Positions 13,901 to 26,100 of a stretch of 64,000 nt of DNA are shown in pieces. The translations under genes were made by a program, and so were the position numbers. The stretch lies in NCBI GenBank assembly GCA_002633005.1, contig NMRA01000205.1, forward strand, positions 637,688 through 701,687. The letters run 5' to 3'. The notes beneath the pieces were generated by a model, which saw nothing but the letters and a program-made list of their open reading frames with translations, was not told where the DNA came from and did not search any database. Position 1 is the stretch's first letter. Each line of letters starts with the position of its first letter. This stretch comes from Phoronis australis. Its lineage: Eukaryota; Animalia; Phoronida.

Positions 13901-16900
13901 CGCATACTCAAGAATAATAAAATAATGTCCAAAACTGCCAAATGCATTGAAAATCAAAAGCCTAATAAGATGAGTGATAAAGAATTGCAACGAAGCCATG
14001 AATAATGGCCAAGAAATATTAATGTGCTTAAACAAACGAATTATTTAGTACACGAATGGTACACTTTTTAAGAAATCCACGAAGATTGACAATTAGGAAT
14101 CCTGTTCTAAAACAGCCATCAATTCTACGTCCAAGTGTGTATTTTGTTCTCCATGTAACATACATCATACACATGACACGTTGTTGGTAGGCTTTGTCAA
14201 CGTTAAATGTAATCATGAGAACATTATAATCAACATCGTCGTCTTCGTCATTACAAAAATAAAAGTGGCACCATCAATGGCCAAAAAATATCCAGTCTGT
14301 TTTTTCATGTAAAAGCAGTGCTGGTTGTTTTTCGTGGTCAGCCACGTCAACAGACACCAGTGTCACGTGACCAATACCAACACAGAGACATGGTTCGTTA
14401 CCTGGCGTGACAATATGTCCACGGCTTCCGCGTGTTTGGCGTCTCTCAAATCGATGCCATTCGCGAACAAGATGGCGTCACCAACGTACAGATTACTACA
14501 CTTGGCTGCTGGTGTGTCAGCGTGAACCTCAGAGACAAGAATGGGAACTCCGTGTTCCTTTCCACCCTGTATAGAAAATAACCCGGTGCATTCACTGAGA
14601 AGAGGGTGAGACAAATGCCATTGTGACAAAAGTTCTTAGATGAGAGCAGAACATGGTGAGGAAACTGGCACTTTGAGAAATTTTTCGATACTTCACAGAA
14701 TCTCTACTTTTGGGATTGGGTGTTGTGAGCTGGGAATTGGCTAGTAGTGAACCTGGTTCATGCTATCCACAGTCACTCTTTTGTTACACCTGGCTGTGTC
14801 AACTGTGCCCACTGCACTCTGGCTGTGTCCACAGGACTGATGCGTTCTGGCCATTGCAGTGCATCAATTGATGTTATCAGACCTGGCTTGAGCCTATTTA
14901 TTCAGTTACATAAACCATGGACCAATGCACTCAAAGACAGGATAGACAAGGTTGTGCAAATAAATAATTCTAAGTACATTTTAGTCTCTCACTAACATGG
15001 GCTGCATGGTTCATCTGTCACCCGACCAGCATATTTTAAGCATTAGATTACCTGTAAGCAATGTAATAAGAACATGAAAAAACGGAATTCGTTATTTTTA
15101 ACTCAAACTGAAGAATTTTCATCGTAATTATGCATTTCATTGAATCTATTCATGAAGCTTGTAAGTACAAATTTAACTTTGTAACATTGAGAGTCCATTA
15201 GCCGGATAATAGTATTGATTTCCATGCTATTTGTCCAAACACACTCCATTATAACTCAATTAATAGTGCCTAGTGACATTTCAATTTCACAGCATTTGTT
15301 CCTTCCGCCGTGTTGAAAAACCATAAAATCGTAGAATGGATCTTTTCATACAATATAAATATTCCACAGTATTGAAACAACAGAAATAACCATCACCAAT
15401 GAATCCCTCTATTGTAACAATCATAAAACCACCAAGGAGCATCTTCTAGATAAACTCACTGTGATTGACATTCCTAGGCCCTCTTCAGCACTTTTGACGA
15501 TAACAATTTTGCGCACGTCCCCCATACCATGCTTTCTCCTGAGCGTCGCCCAATCCTACAAAAATCACAGTAATGCCAATTAATTTATGCCACAGTGAAC
15601 AACATCTGCAAAGATGCACAGAATAAGTTCGTCTTCCCAATTACATTGATTCACTAATTGGAACACCATACTAGACCATGAGTCATCTTCATATCACGTG
15701 ACCTCCCAAAGACATAATCACAACTAAGTAGGCCCACGGTGAATTTAAGGGTCCTGCTGATCAACAGATATAAACTATACCAGATTAAGCAAGAATGTGG
15801 AAACCAAAAGACACTTTGTAGACCATCTCATTTCATTTTCTTTATTTCTTGCACGGCAGAAGGATTCTCGTTTGTTTACCTCCACTTATGATATAATGTA
15901 TTTTAATAAGTTAAGCACAGCACGATGATTACATAATGGGGTCAAGACAGCACTTTAATGTAGAAGCACAGAACGCATCTTCAGAAAATTATGTATTCAA
16001 AATGATTCACAGATCTGTTTGTGCAGTCTTTCTTTCTCAAATCCCCACTGAGCACAAAACAATGGCCGTCCTCACAGAGGCAAAGCGTTCATTATTCAGG
16101 GTCCTAGTTCTTCAAACATACTGTGGTTCATCCTATCTTGGAAGTTATACTGAGAAGCAGTTTATAAAAATGTCTTGAGGAGCCTCGACACTAATAACGG
16201 CAAGTAATCTTAGTTGCTGTTTTATTTTTAAAATAGTTTTAATGTCATGCTCCAAATCAATCACAATGACATTCCTACAGCCCTATTACATACAACCTCG
16301 TGCAGGATTTTTGATAAAAATGATCCCGATCACCATCTCAACCTGAACATGAATATCTTTTTTACCAAACTGAGTGGCGTGTGGCTGACTAATGAGAACT
16401 TAACCCTAGAACACGTATGTCAATAAAAGGCCACATCGATGCTCACAGACTTTTTAACTGACTTCTCAACTCGCAAACTTGGATCTGCACTGACACAAGA
16501 CAGCTTACGTATCCACAAATCACCGCTCACAGACTGACATACAGTAAACAAACACGTGGATGAGAAGCGAAGTGTCTGTGCTCCATGCCTACAAGAGCTA
16601 GTGCAGTGGGAGGCCTGTTTGTTTGTGGATGTCTGTCCATGAGCAATGCGCAATGAGTAAGGCATGTTTAGTGAGTGCCGGCTCAAGTTTGTGAGTCAAT
16701 GGACCGAGTTTATAGGTCCATTGAGAAGTGATGAGCTATGTTCACATGCGTGGGAGTCTGTAGCTAGAACAACAAGTGCTCCAGCACCACACCAACATAT
16801 TATCTCCACTTCAATTGTGCACGTACGTGTCCTGGGGGAATGGGCACTCTGTGAAGACTGTTGCGCCCCCTGCAGGCCCTTATGACAGTCTTGTGACGAT

Positions 16901-19900
16901 GAAGGTGAATCTCTGCCTCCAGCTGATTCCACAGCTTGTCATGCTCACTTCCTCTCATATCGCGGCCAAGTAGTTGTATNAAATCATCACTCACAGACTG
17001 ACATACAGTAAACAAACACGTGGAAGCGAAGTGTGTGTGCTCCATGCCTACAAGAGCTAGTGCAGTGTGAGGCCTGTTTGTTTGTGTTTGTCTGTCCATG
17101 AGCAATACTCAATGAGTAAGGCATGTTTAGTGAGTGCCGGCTCAAGTTTGTGAGTCAATGGACCGAGTTTATAGGTCCATTGAGAAGTGATGAGCTATGT
17201 TCACATGCGTGGGAGTCTGTAGCTAGAACAACAAGTGCTCCAGCACCACACCAACATATTATCTCCACTTCAATTGTGCACGTACGTGTCCTGGGGGAAT
17301 GGGCACTCTGTGAAGACTGTTGCGCCCTCTGCAGGCCCTTATGACAGTCTTGTGACGATGAAGGTGAATCTCTGCCTCCAGCTGATTCCACAGCTTGTCA
17401 TGCTCACTTCCTCTCATATCGCGGCCAAGTAGTTGTATCTGCTGAATTCTACTCAGACAAAGAAAATGGTCACAGTCCACATTTTTTTCACAAATGACAC
17501 ATCAACCAAATGAATGCAAACATTTTATGAACAGAAACATTAGAAGAGGCCTGGTCTGTGCTGCCCGCCCGTCCACCACCAACATTGTAACACATGGCAC
17601 AGCTGTTTGTATACACCAACTGAACATAAGCGGGTTGACTCCAAACAAATTTCAAGTCAAAGCGGTTCATTGTTTACATGAATACCAAAACGGATTGTAA
17701 GTTGGGTTAGAGATGACACACTTGGAGTGTTTGACATGAGAATTTTAATACAGCGACACTCTCAAAAAATAATTCTACAGGATATGCATTTTTCAAAAGC
17801 TGCAATAACCTCAAGCCTTCTGTTCAGTTACCATTATAAAACTTTATCATCTTGTTCAGTCAATACTAGGATTCAAAATGATTTCTAAGCTTCCAAAAGA
17901 CTGTTTCAAACTAGACTCATTAACTAGCTAGTCACGGTCGGCTAGTTTCAGCTACCAAATCAGTATCACTGTCAAGGTGATTTATAAGCTGTTTCATTTG
18001 AAAAATGTTCTTCCTGGAGTTGAAATTAAACCAGAAATGTTAGTACTGTCTTTGTGCCTACCTGCCAGCCAACTCCTTGTCCAGGTACTTAGCCGCCAGC
18101 CGCGCCCCATACACTTCACCTTGAAGGGCCAAAACATAGTGCTTCAATTCATCACTATCACGTCGCAGATGAGAGATCTCCGATTCTAGCTTGGCTATTT
18201 CCATGGCACTCTGTTGTCTCTGCTCAAGCTCTTCTTGCTTCAAAAAACAGTCACATAGAATTTTAAATCTAAAACATCAAGAACAACCCGTAAACAACGG
18301 GTGCGCACTGTAAATGCCTGTGTGATAACGTGTGCGTACAGAAAGTATTTTGTTCCAATGTGCAGATAGGAAATGCATCCTTGTAAACAAGCCATCATAA
18401 AATTGTTTAGTTCTACAATGTCAGTTTTAACATACTTCTTTGTGATATCTATGAGCTTTAACATTGTAGGACACTCCGTGTTTGTATGTAAAGGGCTTAG
18501 TGTTAAGATCAGTCATCCTTACAATAGACAAGCTGTTTACAGTAACAGGTTATAGGTTAAAAACAACATTTTCTCCTTTGCAAAACACTTAAAGTAACAC
18601 AAGTTAAGAGGCCTTTCGTAATTTCCTTTTTTTAATTCATGACCTGAGAATTAGATCTGTGCTTCAACGTGTAACTCACTGACCAACGTTTTCATGATGC
18701 CATCTGAGTCAACATGTTGTTCTGTGTGCAGTTGGCACTGCAGCGCATGAACTTGTAACAGCATGGTATGAAGTTCCTTTTCTAGCACAGCTTTATTTGC
18801 CCTTTGTTCTATGACCTCTGACCTGAGGTCAACAAGTTGAGCCTGCAAATAACAGAAAAATGCGAAATGATACACTCAACACATAAAACATGTATGTAAT
18901 TATTTTTCTGTTTAATCAAAACAATGAAAGCAATTATAGTAATATATGACAAATATGCATAATTAAACTTTCAACAAGATGCTAAAGAGATATTATTTTC
19001 AAGGAAAGCAATATAATCAACGATCTTAATGGAGGACAAACCCTAACTTAACTTCGGCTCTCAAAACAATATGAGAAAGAAGAAAAGAATGAAATTGTGG
19101 TGATGTCAGAATTATTCAACACGGGGACTAAATATGAAATTGTCGGTGACCAGGGAAGGAAGCCCGAGTGGCACCCTAGAAATCAAGATACTCCAATGAT
19201 ATGACCACTCAAAAACTATTGATTATGGGAACATTTGCTCAAGATGGGAAAAGTTTGACATCAATGGCCTCCTTAGGTGTCCCTCTATGCTCGAAATGTA
19301 TCCATGGCAACATGGCTTTGATGGTGTAGTCACTGTGAATCATAATATGCCAAAAAGATTCTGGCACATGGCAGCCCTCTGAGATGACTACTGTCTGTGC
19401 CAGTGCGATGCTTTCTCAATGGAAGCGGTAATACTACAATGCCAATGATGTCATTGCCATTCTCTATCAACATCACTGTGTTGTAATCGTCAACATCATT
19501 CGTCCTCGACATTCATGCGGCGTCTTGTAATTTGCCAGTTTAATGATTCCCTAGATGTTTGTTTTATTTATCCTGCCCGTGGGAGGCTGCAGGCAGTCTT
19601 TCAGCTTGCAATATGACCATCAGGGATACTCACATAGAATGTGTTTTATTGAAGCTCGTGCAGTTGTGTTTGAACTGCATGGTGAGTAGTTCAAAAGCCT
19701 AGCTAGTGAACCTGTAGGAATGCAACAACTGTATGCCCAAGTAGTCTCCAATACATTACCAAAGGTAAGAAAATATGTGATGGACAGTCAGGCCAATAAA
19801 TTGTTAGACAATGTCCATCACGCTGCACCCGTCAAGTGGCATGACATGTATCCCCTAGCGTGTGCAGTGTGAAAATGGTGAGTTACCGATTTTGGGAACT

Positions 19901-20602
19901 GAACGAGGGACTGCTCGAAGAAAACGTTTGATAACAGGAGTATTTGTTTGAGTTGGAAGGAATTAAAAACATCAACGACCTCCTAAGGTGTCCTTCTATG
20001 CGCGAAAGGTATTTATAATAACATGACCTTGATGTTTTAGTCAGTGCGAGGCATAATTAACTGAAATGCTTCTGGCGTATGAAACACCTATAGGAGCTCC
20101 ATCGCCTCTGCTGGCTGCATCATCAGAGACGAATGTCATTGTCTAATAAATTGTACGATTAGCAGGCCGTCAAGCGTCAGCCAACTGAAGTTGATAATTA
20201 TACAATGGTCAATGCTATCAGAATAGTGAGATACAAACATGGCCATGGGTCCCTGATTTAAGAATCAGTTCCTTAACAAAAGGCGTTATTTAGTGGTAGT
20301 AACTGGTTTCCAAATCAATTTCAAACCAGGAATCCACATATCGACTATTACCATGATGGTTTGAAACCTAACAAACGGTAACAAACCTCTAACTTTGCAT
20401 TCGATTGAAAAATCGTCTGTGATTTATGACACAGTTGTGCAAAAGCAGCACTTAACGCTGTCATCTTCTGACGTCCTTCGAACGTAAGCTCAGACTGCTC
20501 AACATCTATTTCTCCTAAAAGTAGATCCAAATCTACAAAGGCTTTGTCGAATTCTTTTTCCAGAATTTCTAACCAACGAAATGACAGAGTGGCCGCTGCC
20601 AT
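10534..20602 (-). CDS. GOPC: Golgi-associated PDZ and coiled-coil motif protein (GOPC/PIST/CAL); 9 coding exons, ~542 aa
   Basis: Contains [74 protein letters not shown] and [23 protein letters not shown], all diagnostic GOPC motifs. Exons 20387-20602, 18684-18842, 18062-18237, 17286-17448, 15460-15555, 14402-14566, 13289-13380, 12596-12730 and 10534-10960 splice in frame. Confidence 0.95.
12596..12730 (-). CDS. GOPC: GOPC exon 8
   Basis: gacag|[11 protein letters not shown]...SSGS|gtacag. Confidence 0.82.
13289..13380 (-). CDS. GOPC: GOPC exon 7
   Basis: ttaaag|[31 protein letters not shown]|gtattt. Confidence 0.9.
14402..14566 (-). CDS. GOPC: GOPC exon 6 (PDZ core)
   Basis: [15 protein letters not shown]...[11 protein letters not shown]|gtaacg. 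Confidence 0.93.
15460..15555 (-). CDS. GOPC: GOPC exon 5 (PDZ start)
   Basis: tgtag|[32 protein letters not shown]|gtgagt; not in the ORF track. Confidence 0.92.
16518..17438. repeat. ~460-bp duplication around a single N (16980), including a truncated GOPC exon 4 copy; probable assembly overlap
   Basis: 16518-16979 matches 16981-17438. Confidence 0.85.
17286..17448 (-). CDS. GOPC: GOPC exon 4
   Basis: [13 protein letters not shown]...PIPPGH|gtacgt. Confidence 0.92.
18062..18237 (-). CDS. GOPC: GOPC exon 3
   Basis: QEELEQRQ...[16 protein letters not shown]|gtaggc. Confidence 0.9.
18684..18842 (-). CDS. GOPC: GOPC exon 2
   Basis: tttgcag|AQLVDLRSE...GIMKTL|gtcagt (an alternative gtgagt donor lies 4 nt further on). 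Confidence 0.88.
20387..20602 (-). CDS. GOPC: GOPC exon 1
   Basis: [22 protein letters not shown]...NAKLE|gtttgt. Confidence 0.93.
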
Positions 20603-20610
20603 TTTACAAA

Positions 20611-22631
20611 GTCCACTAGATGTCTCTTTCAACACTCAACCACACGCCACCTAACGACAGGATTGTCTACTCAGTGCCCGCGCATTGCCTAGGTTTTTCC
20701 CATTTTATTTTTACATGAATTACGAGGACCGGCAGGTTCAAACTGGATGTAACAAGTTTTTTTCTCCACAAAACCACTGGGTTTCCTGAAAAGTGCGTGT
20801 CTTGAATTTCTCTGCATTACTGTGGTTGTAGTTTGTTGTCTGTAAGTTTTTAGCACCTGTAACTCACTATCTCAGTGAATCGCTTGGCCTGCCGTCCTGC
20901 TGACTTGTCCAGACTAGTTTCATTGTGGGCGTGTCGCTGTAAGGCATATATTCATGTTTGCATACTGTTCAGTTACGTGCTTTTCTGCCTCCTTGCAAAT
21001 TCATTTTCCTTACAGTTAATCTTGGGTTGTGTTCAGTGGGCACTATAATTTAACAAGTGAAAGCTATTAGACTGAGGGTCAGTGTCAAGTGCCGTGTATA
21101 GTTATTTGCTATGCAGATGTACGTGGTACTGCTTAGTGTGTAGTGCAGGGATTGCATGTACTTGAACTGTGGGCTCTTGCATTTGCACAAGATTCTTGAG
21201 TCTACAAAACACAGGCCTGTATTTTTGCTATACTTAATTGTCCAGAAATGGCGAGAACCAATTGAAGGTACCATAGCCCTACTCGTCTGCTCGCCTGCTT
21301 GTGGCAGATCATCCCGTTTTTTTTAAGCTTTGTCCTTCTGCGATATGTCTTGCTTTTTGAAACACATGATACAATTGACATATTAATGTGTGCTTTTCCT
21401 CATGATTTAACTTTATTTGCAGCTTTGTTATGTTCCCTTCAGAGGGCATGACGGACAAAAATGACACTTTTGCATGTTCTTGTGCGATCTTGCTTCTCTC
21501 ACAAGAAATTTTCTTTCTGGAACACTCCTCATTTGCCACTGTCTTGTAATAATGGCTTTATCCAGCAAGTGCATGTCATCAGAAATGTTCTAGCTAGTCC
21601 ACTAGATGTCTCTTTCAACACTAAGTAGTTTGGGCCGTGAGCCGAACCTATAGGATTTTCCCACTCTATTTTTAGTCGTTGAACAATGACTTCGGAAGAC
21701 TGGCGGGTTTAAACTGGATGCAACAAGCTTGTTCTCAACAAAACGGTTGGCCTCTTTGAAAAGCGCGTTGTCTTGAATTTGGCTGCATTACTGTTGTACT
21801 TAAGTTGTCTGTAAGTTTTAGCATACCAGAAACTCGCTATCTCGCTGATCACTCCGCCAACCTGCTGACACTGACAGGTCAGACTGTAGGTTTCATTGTG
21901 GGCATGTCTCTATGCGGCATACCACCAAGGTTGTCAGTGTCATGTTTGTATAGTTGTTCAATTACAGGCATTTTGTCTCTGTAGAAGTTGATTTTTTTCC
22001 TTTCAGTTAATCCTGGGTTGTAGACACAAGAATTTGGCTAGTGAAAGGTATTAGCTATTAGAGGGTACTATAGAGTGTGCAGTTATTTGCCACTCAGACA
22101 TACATAATTCTAATGTGTAGGGCAGTGATCGCATGTACTTGGCCCATGAGTTGCTTGTCTCTGTGATCGCATGTACTTGGCCCATGAGATGCTTGTCTCT
22201 GTGATTGCATGTACTTGGCCCATGAGATGCTTGTCTCTGCGAAACACAGGCCTATATTTTGCCAAGTTAAATGACAAGAACCAGGGTACCATACTTGTCA
22301 ACTGTCCCACTAATGGCGATCCATCTCACGTTTTGAATCTTTGTCCTGCCACAATGTGTCTTGCTTTTTGAAGCATGTGGTGTTACTGACGTATTTGTAT
22401 GTTTTAATTTTCTTGTGCCTTTCCTCACGATTTACTTTTAGTTGCAACCCTGTTTGACACAGTTTTTATGTCCCCTTCAGAGGTCGTATAACCAAAATGT
22501 CACCTTTGCGTGGTCTTGTGTGATCTTGCTTGCCTCACAAGAAACTTTCTTTCTGGAACACTCCTCGTTTGCCAGTGTCGTGTAATAATGGCTTTATCCA
22601 GCGAGTACTTGTCATCAGAAACGTTCTAGCT
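20611..22631. repeat. Diverged ~1-kb tandem duplication between the GOPC and DUF4139 start codons
   Basis: gtccactagatgtctctttcaacact starts at 20611 and ~21597; both units end ...catcagaaa(t/c)gttctagct; many substitutions and no N at the junction. Confidence 0.85.
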
Positions 22632-22929
22632 GCTTTTTTCGTTTTGTGTTGTTAAACTGCAAGTTGTGATCACCACACTAGCTAAGATATTTGAAGTCCA
22701 GTGGCTATAGCTTAATTAGGTCGTCCTAGGCTAGGAGACCTCATCCATCTCATGCAGTGGATAGTTGGATCAGAAGAGGACAATTATCCTGGAATATCTG
22801 GTCTTTGCTGCACAACAGATTTTTACTTTGAGCATACGGGTTATTCTTGTTTAATCTCTCTTGCTGGCATAGATCTCTGCATGCATTTCTTGACTATTTG
22901 ACCTATTTTGTGTTTCTTTGCAGGTAAAT

Positions 22930-23126
22930 ATGGCTGAAGAACAGGCACTACAAGTTGAAGACTCACCAAAGCACATTTTCCCTGTGTTTGAATGTGAAAT
23001 TGTTAGTGTTGTTGTCTACCAAGACAGGGCTGAAGTTACCAGGGAAGTTAATGCAGAACTTGAAAACGGCAGTGTAGAAGTGGTGATCAAAGGCCTCTCT
23101 GAACATGTTGACTCGGATTCTATTAG
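22930..23126 (+). CDS. DUF4139 gene coding exon 1
   Basis: MAEEQALQVED...VDSDSI R|gtatgt. Confidence 0.88.
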
Positions 23127-26100
23127 GTATGTATATTTAATCTACAATTATTGTCCCAACAAAAAATTCAAGCTCCATTAAACCCTGGTGAATAAAGTGA
23201 TTCTTGATTTTTCAACAACTTGCTCCTCTGAGACCACTGGCAGGCTAAACTCGTACTACTAATGTCTTGAACCTTAATCAGACAAAGAATGGCTTCTGGC
23301 ATGAGTTTGGGAATAACTGCTAGCTTTCAAGTGCTTTAGTCCATGCGCCATGCCGGTCTGCTGTGACAAGCCAACTTACCGAACCTGGTCCCAACCAAAG
23401 GCAAGTTCTCAATTCTAAAAATCGCAGCTGTCATCAGATTACACCAAGTGCTTTACTGTTTGTTTATCACAAGACAGCCACGTGGTATATGAGCCCATGA
23501 CCTTAGCTTGTTCTTTTATGACTCACTGCTAGAAGCTACTTTGTTACCCATTGGACTTGAATGTCGTCGTATGTGCTTTGATACAGCTCTTATATCCAAT
23601 ACATTATCATGATTGAATTCAACTGTGGCTGCTCACATAATTTTAGTAGTTACTGATCAATTTAATAAGGAATAATTTGACACCATTTTCATTACAAATT
23701 TGTTTATAAATGGCAGGTTCATAGCGTCTTACAGAAAAATGTTTGTGTATCAAAACTACTGTTTTAAATTGTTTTTACTACTGTAACATTGTGATTTTAA
23801 AAAGTGGGACCAGTCTTAATTGCAAACATTCAATATAAAGCTCTTTAGTAAGGTGAGAGCTCAAAAATAGNCTTCTGCTCGATCCAAACTCTTATTTTGT
23901 CACCAGTATAGACAAGACAGGTTGGGTTGAAAAAAGTTGAAGTATATTTCTTTCGTCCACTTAAATTTCATGAGTTACTTGAACTTCCTTCTGCACAACA
24001 CTAGTAATATGATGGTGACTAATTTCATGGCAGATTTTCTGAAAAATCCATCACGTCTTTAATTGTCTTAAAATCTGGTAGAGTTTTTAGACAACAAGGT
24101 GTAAACAAAAAATCTATTTCTTGTCATTAGCCACCTAATGAGCGATTTGCATTTGAACAAAGTTTGCGCTTATTAGTGTACCCAACGAGCTTTTGAAAGC
24201 ATTGCTCACGTCTTCAAATTGTTCAACCTCAAGGTCCTGCAGAGATGATTTGGATACCATTCTGTAGCTCTCGTGCTATTCTGTTTTAACTCATAGTTCA
24301 AAATGGCAAATAAATTCAGTGGATCGGATGTTCATCTTCGGTTCTTTTTTCCAAGTTATTTATAAGCAGAGAAAACAATGCTCTCTCTGGCGAAGGCAAA
24401 GTTCACTTCAATCTGTGAGTCTGTGGGGACGCTTGACAATCCTTCTTCTGATGCTACTTTCAACAATATAATGAACGGCAAAACCGCCCACGTCCCAATC
24501 TTCAGAAGAGGACTCAAGTTGGCAGCCTACAGCTTGACAATGCCACCTCAGATTCTGTTTGATTTCTCGTTTTTCAAAACTCTGCTGTTGCCATCTTATA
24601 ATGCATCATTGAAGAAGACCAGTACTTTCACACCAACGCATGTGGGGTTTCTTGTTATGCTGTGCTGACCTAACGTAATGGTAATTGCATTCTGTGCCCC
24701 ACTCAAAGAATACTTAATTTTGGCATGAATTTCCATGTCCATTGTTTCTGTAGAGTGGAGGGCAAGGGGGCAGCTACTATCACTGAGGTGACGTACCAAG
24801 AGAAGGAGGTAACGAGCAAACAGGAAACCAACCAGAAGCGCAAGGAACTGGAAGACAAATTGAAAGAATTGAACTTGCAGATGCAACATTTGGAGAATAA
24901 AAGGAGACGGCACGAAAGGCAGAAAGTTATTTTGGATGGTTTGGCTGACACGGTGAAGTCTGGCGGACCCACTCCTACTGAGGTGAGATGTAGTTGATGC
25001 AATTTATCAAAAATCTTGATTGCAGTTTAAAAAGGTGACTGTTTGTGTTTCAATGGTGCTTAGTGCTCTCAAAGTATGGCAACCTTTTAAATGCTTTTTG
25101 TTGCAAACACCTAGTTTAATGTTTTGTATGTTTTACTTAATGTATTTCAGTCTCTGTTCTTTATTTATAACTTGATCTCTCTGTTACTTTTATTATGAGG
25201 AAATATTACATCAAAATTGTTCGCTTTGTTCATGGTACTATAGATCGTGTCTTGCGAGAGCACACCGGAAAGTTCCATCTGTCCCGTCATTCCTATCAGC
25301 ATAGTTGAAATTGTAAGTCGTGATCTATTTTGACAGAAATCTTCTCAGTCTGATTTCCTGAATCCGGAATTTCTTGGAAATGTGTCCAATTTCCTTGAAT
25401 TCTACCTGAAGAACGCTACGCATTTGGACGAGCAATTGAGTAGCACCCAGCTTGAAGTAACGGAAGTACATGAAGAAATCAGTGTGGCACGAGCAGCTCT
25501 AGGGAAGCTTGGCGGCTTCGGTGCTCAAACTATTTCAAGGTAGGAAAGGCTGAGTCTTTGTAATTATAGTAATTATGTGTAATGTGTCAGGGCTTTTGCA
25601 GCATTTGGTATGCTCGGGGATTCTATGGATAGCCCCAATTAAGAGAGCTCATAATGAGATGCGGGATTCCCTTGTATCGCAAGATACTGTGGAGCTGCCT
25701 CTTAATATCGGATAGTGGAATATCCCAGTTATTGTCATGAAATGTCAAAACAGAATTTCACATATAACCCACAATAGTTAAATAACCCTCATGATGTCGT
25801 GATTTGTTGTCGTATTGTAAGGAAATGAGCACAATTGATTCTCACCTGCTTATTAGCGTGCGTATCTTCATTTTTTCTATCTACAAAACAACTCGATTTA
25901 TCTGTAGTTCAATTGCACTGCCTTATCGGAACTCAGTGCTAACAGTGAACATTCCTTTTCCTGTTCAGCTGTCTTACTCTCAGATTCTCCTCTTAGCTAA
26001 GTTGCCGGGAACCTGCCTACTGGAATATCCCACTTATTATCAATAATTTACATCAAAATTGAGCGTATGAAATTCAAGATATAATTTGCATGCTCCTAAC

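Noticed and set aside
16827-16979. Second copy of GOPC exon 4 as a real tandem exon
   Set aside because: It is truncated exactly at a single N and nearly identical to the adjacent copy, as expected of a contig/haplotype overlap.
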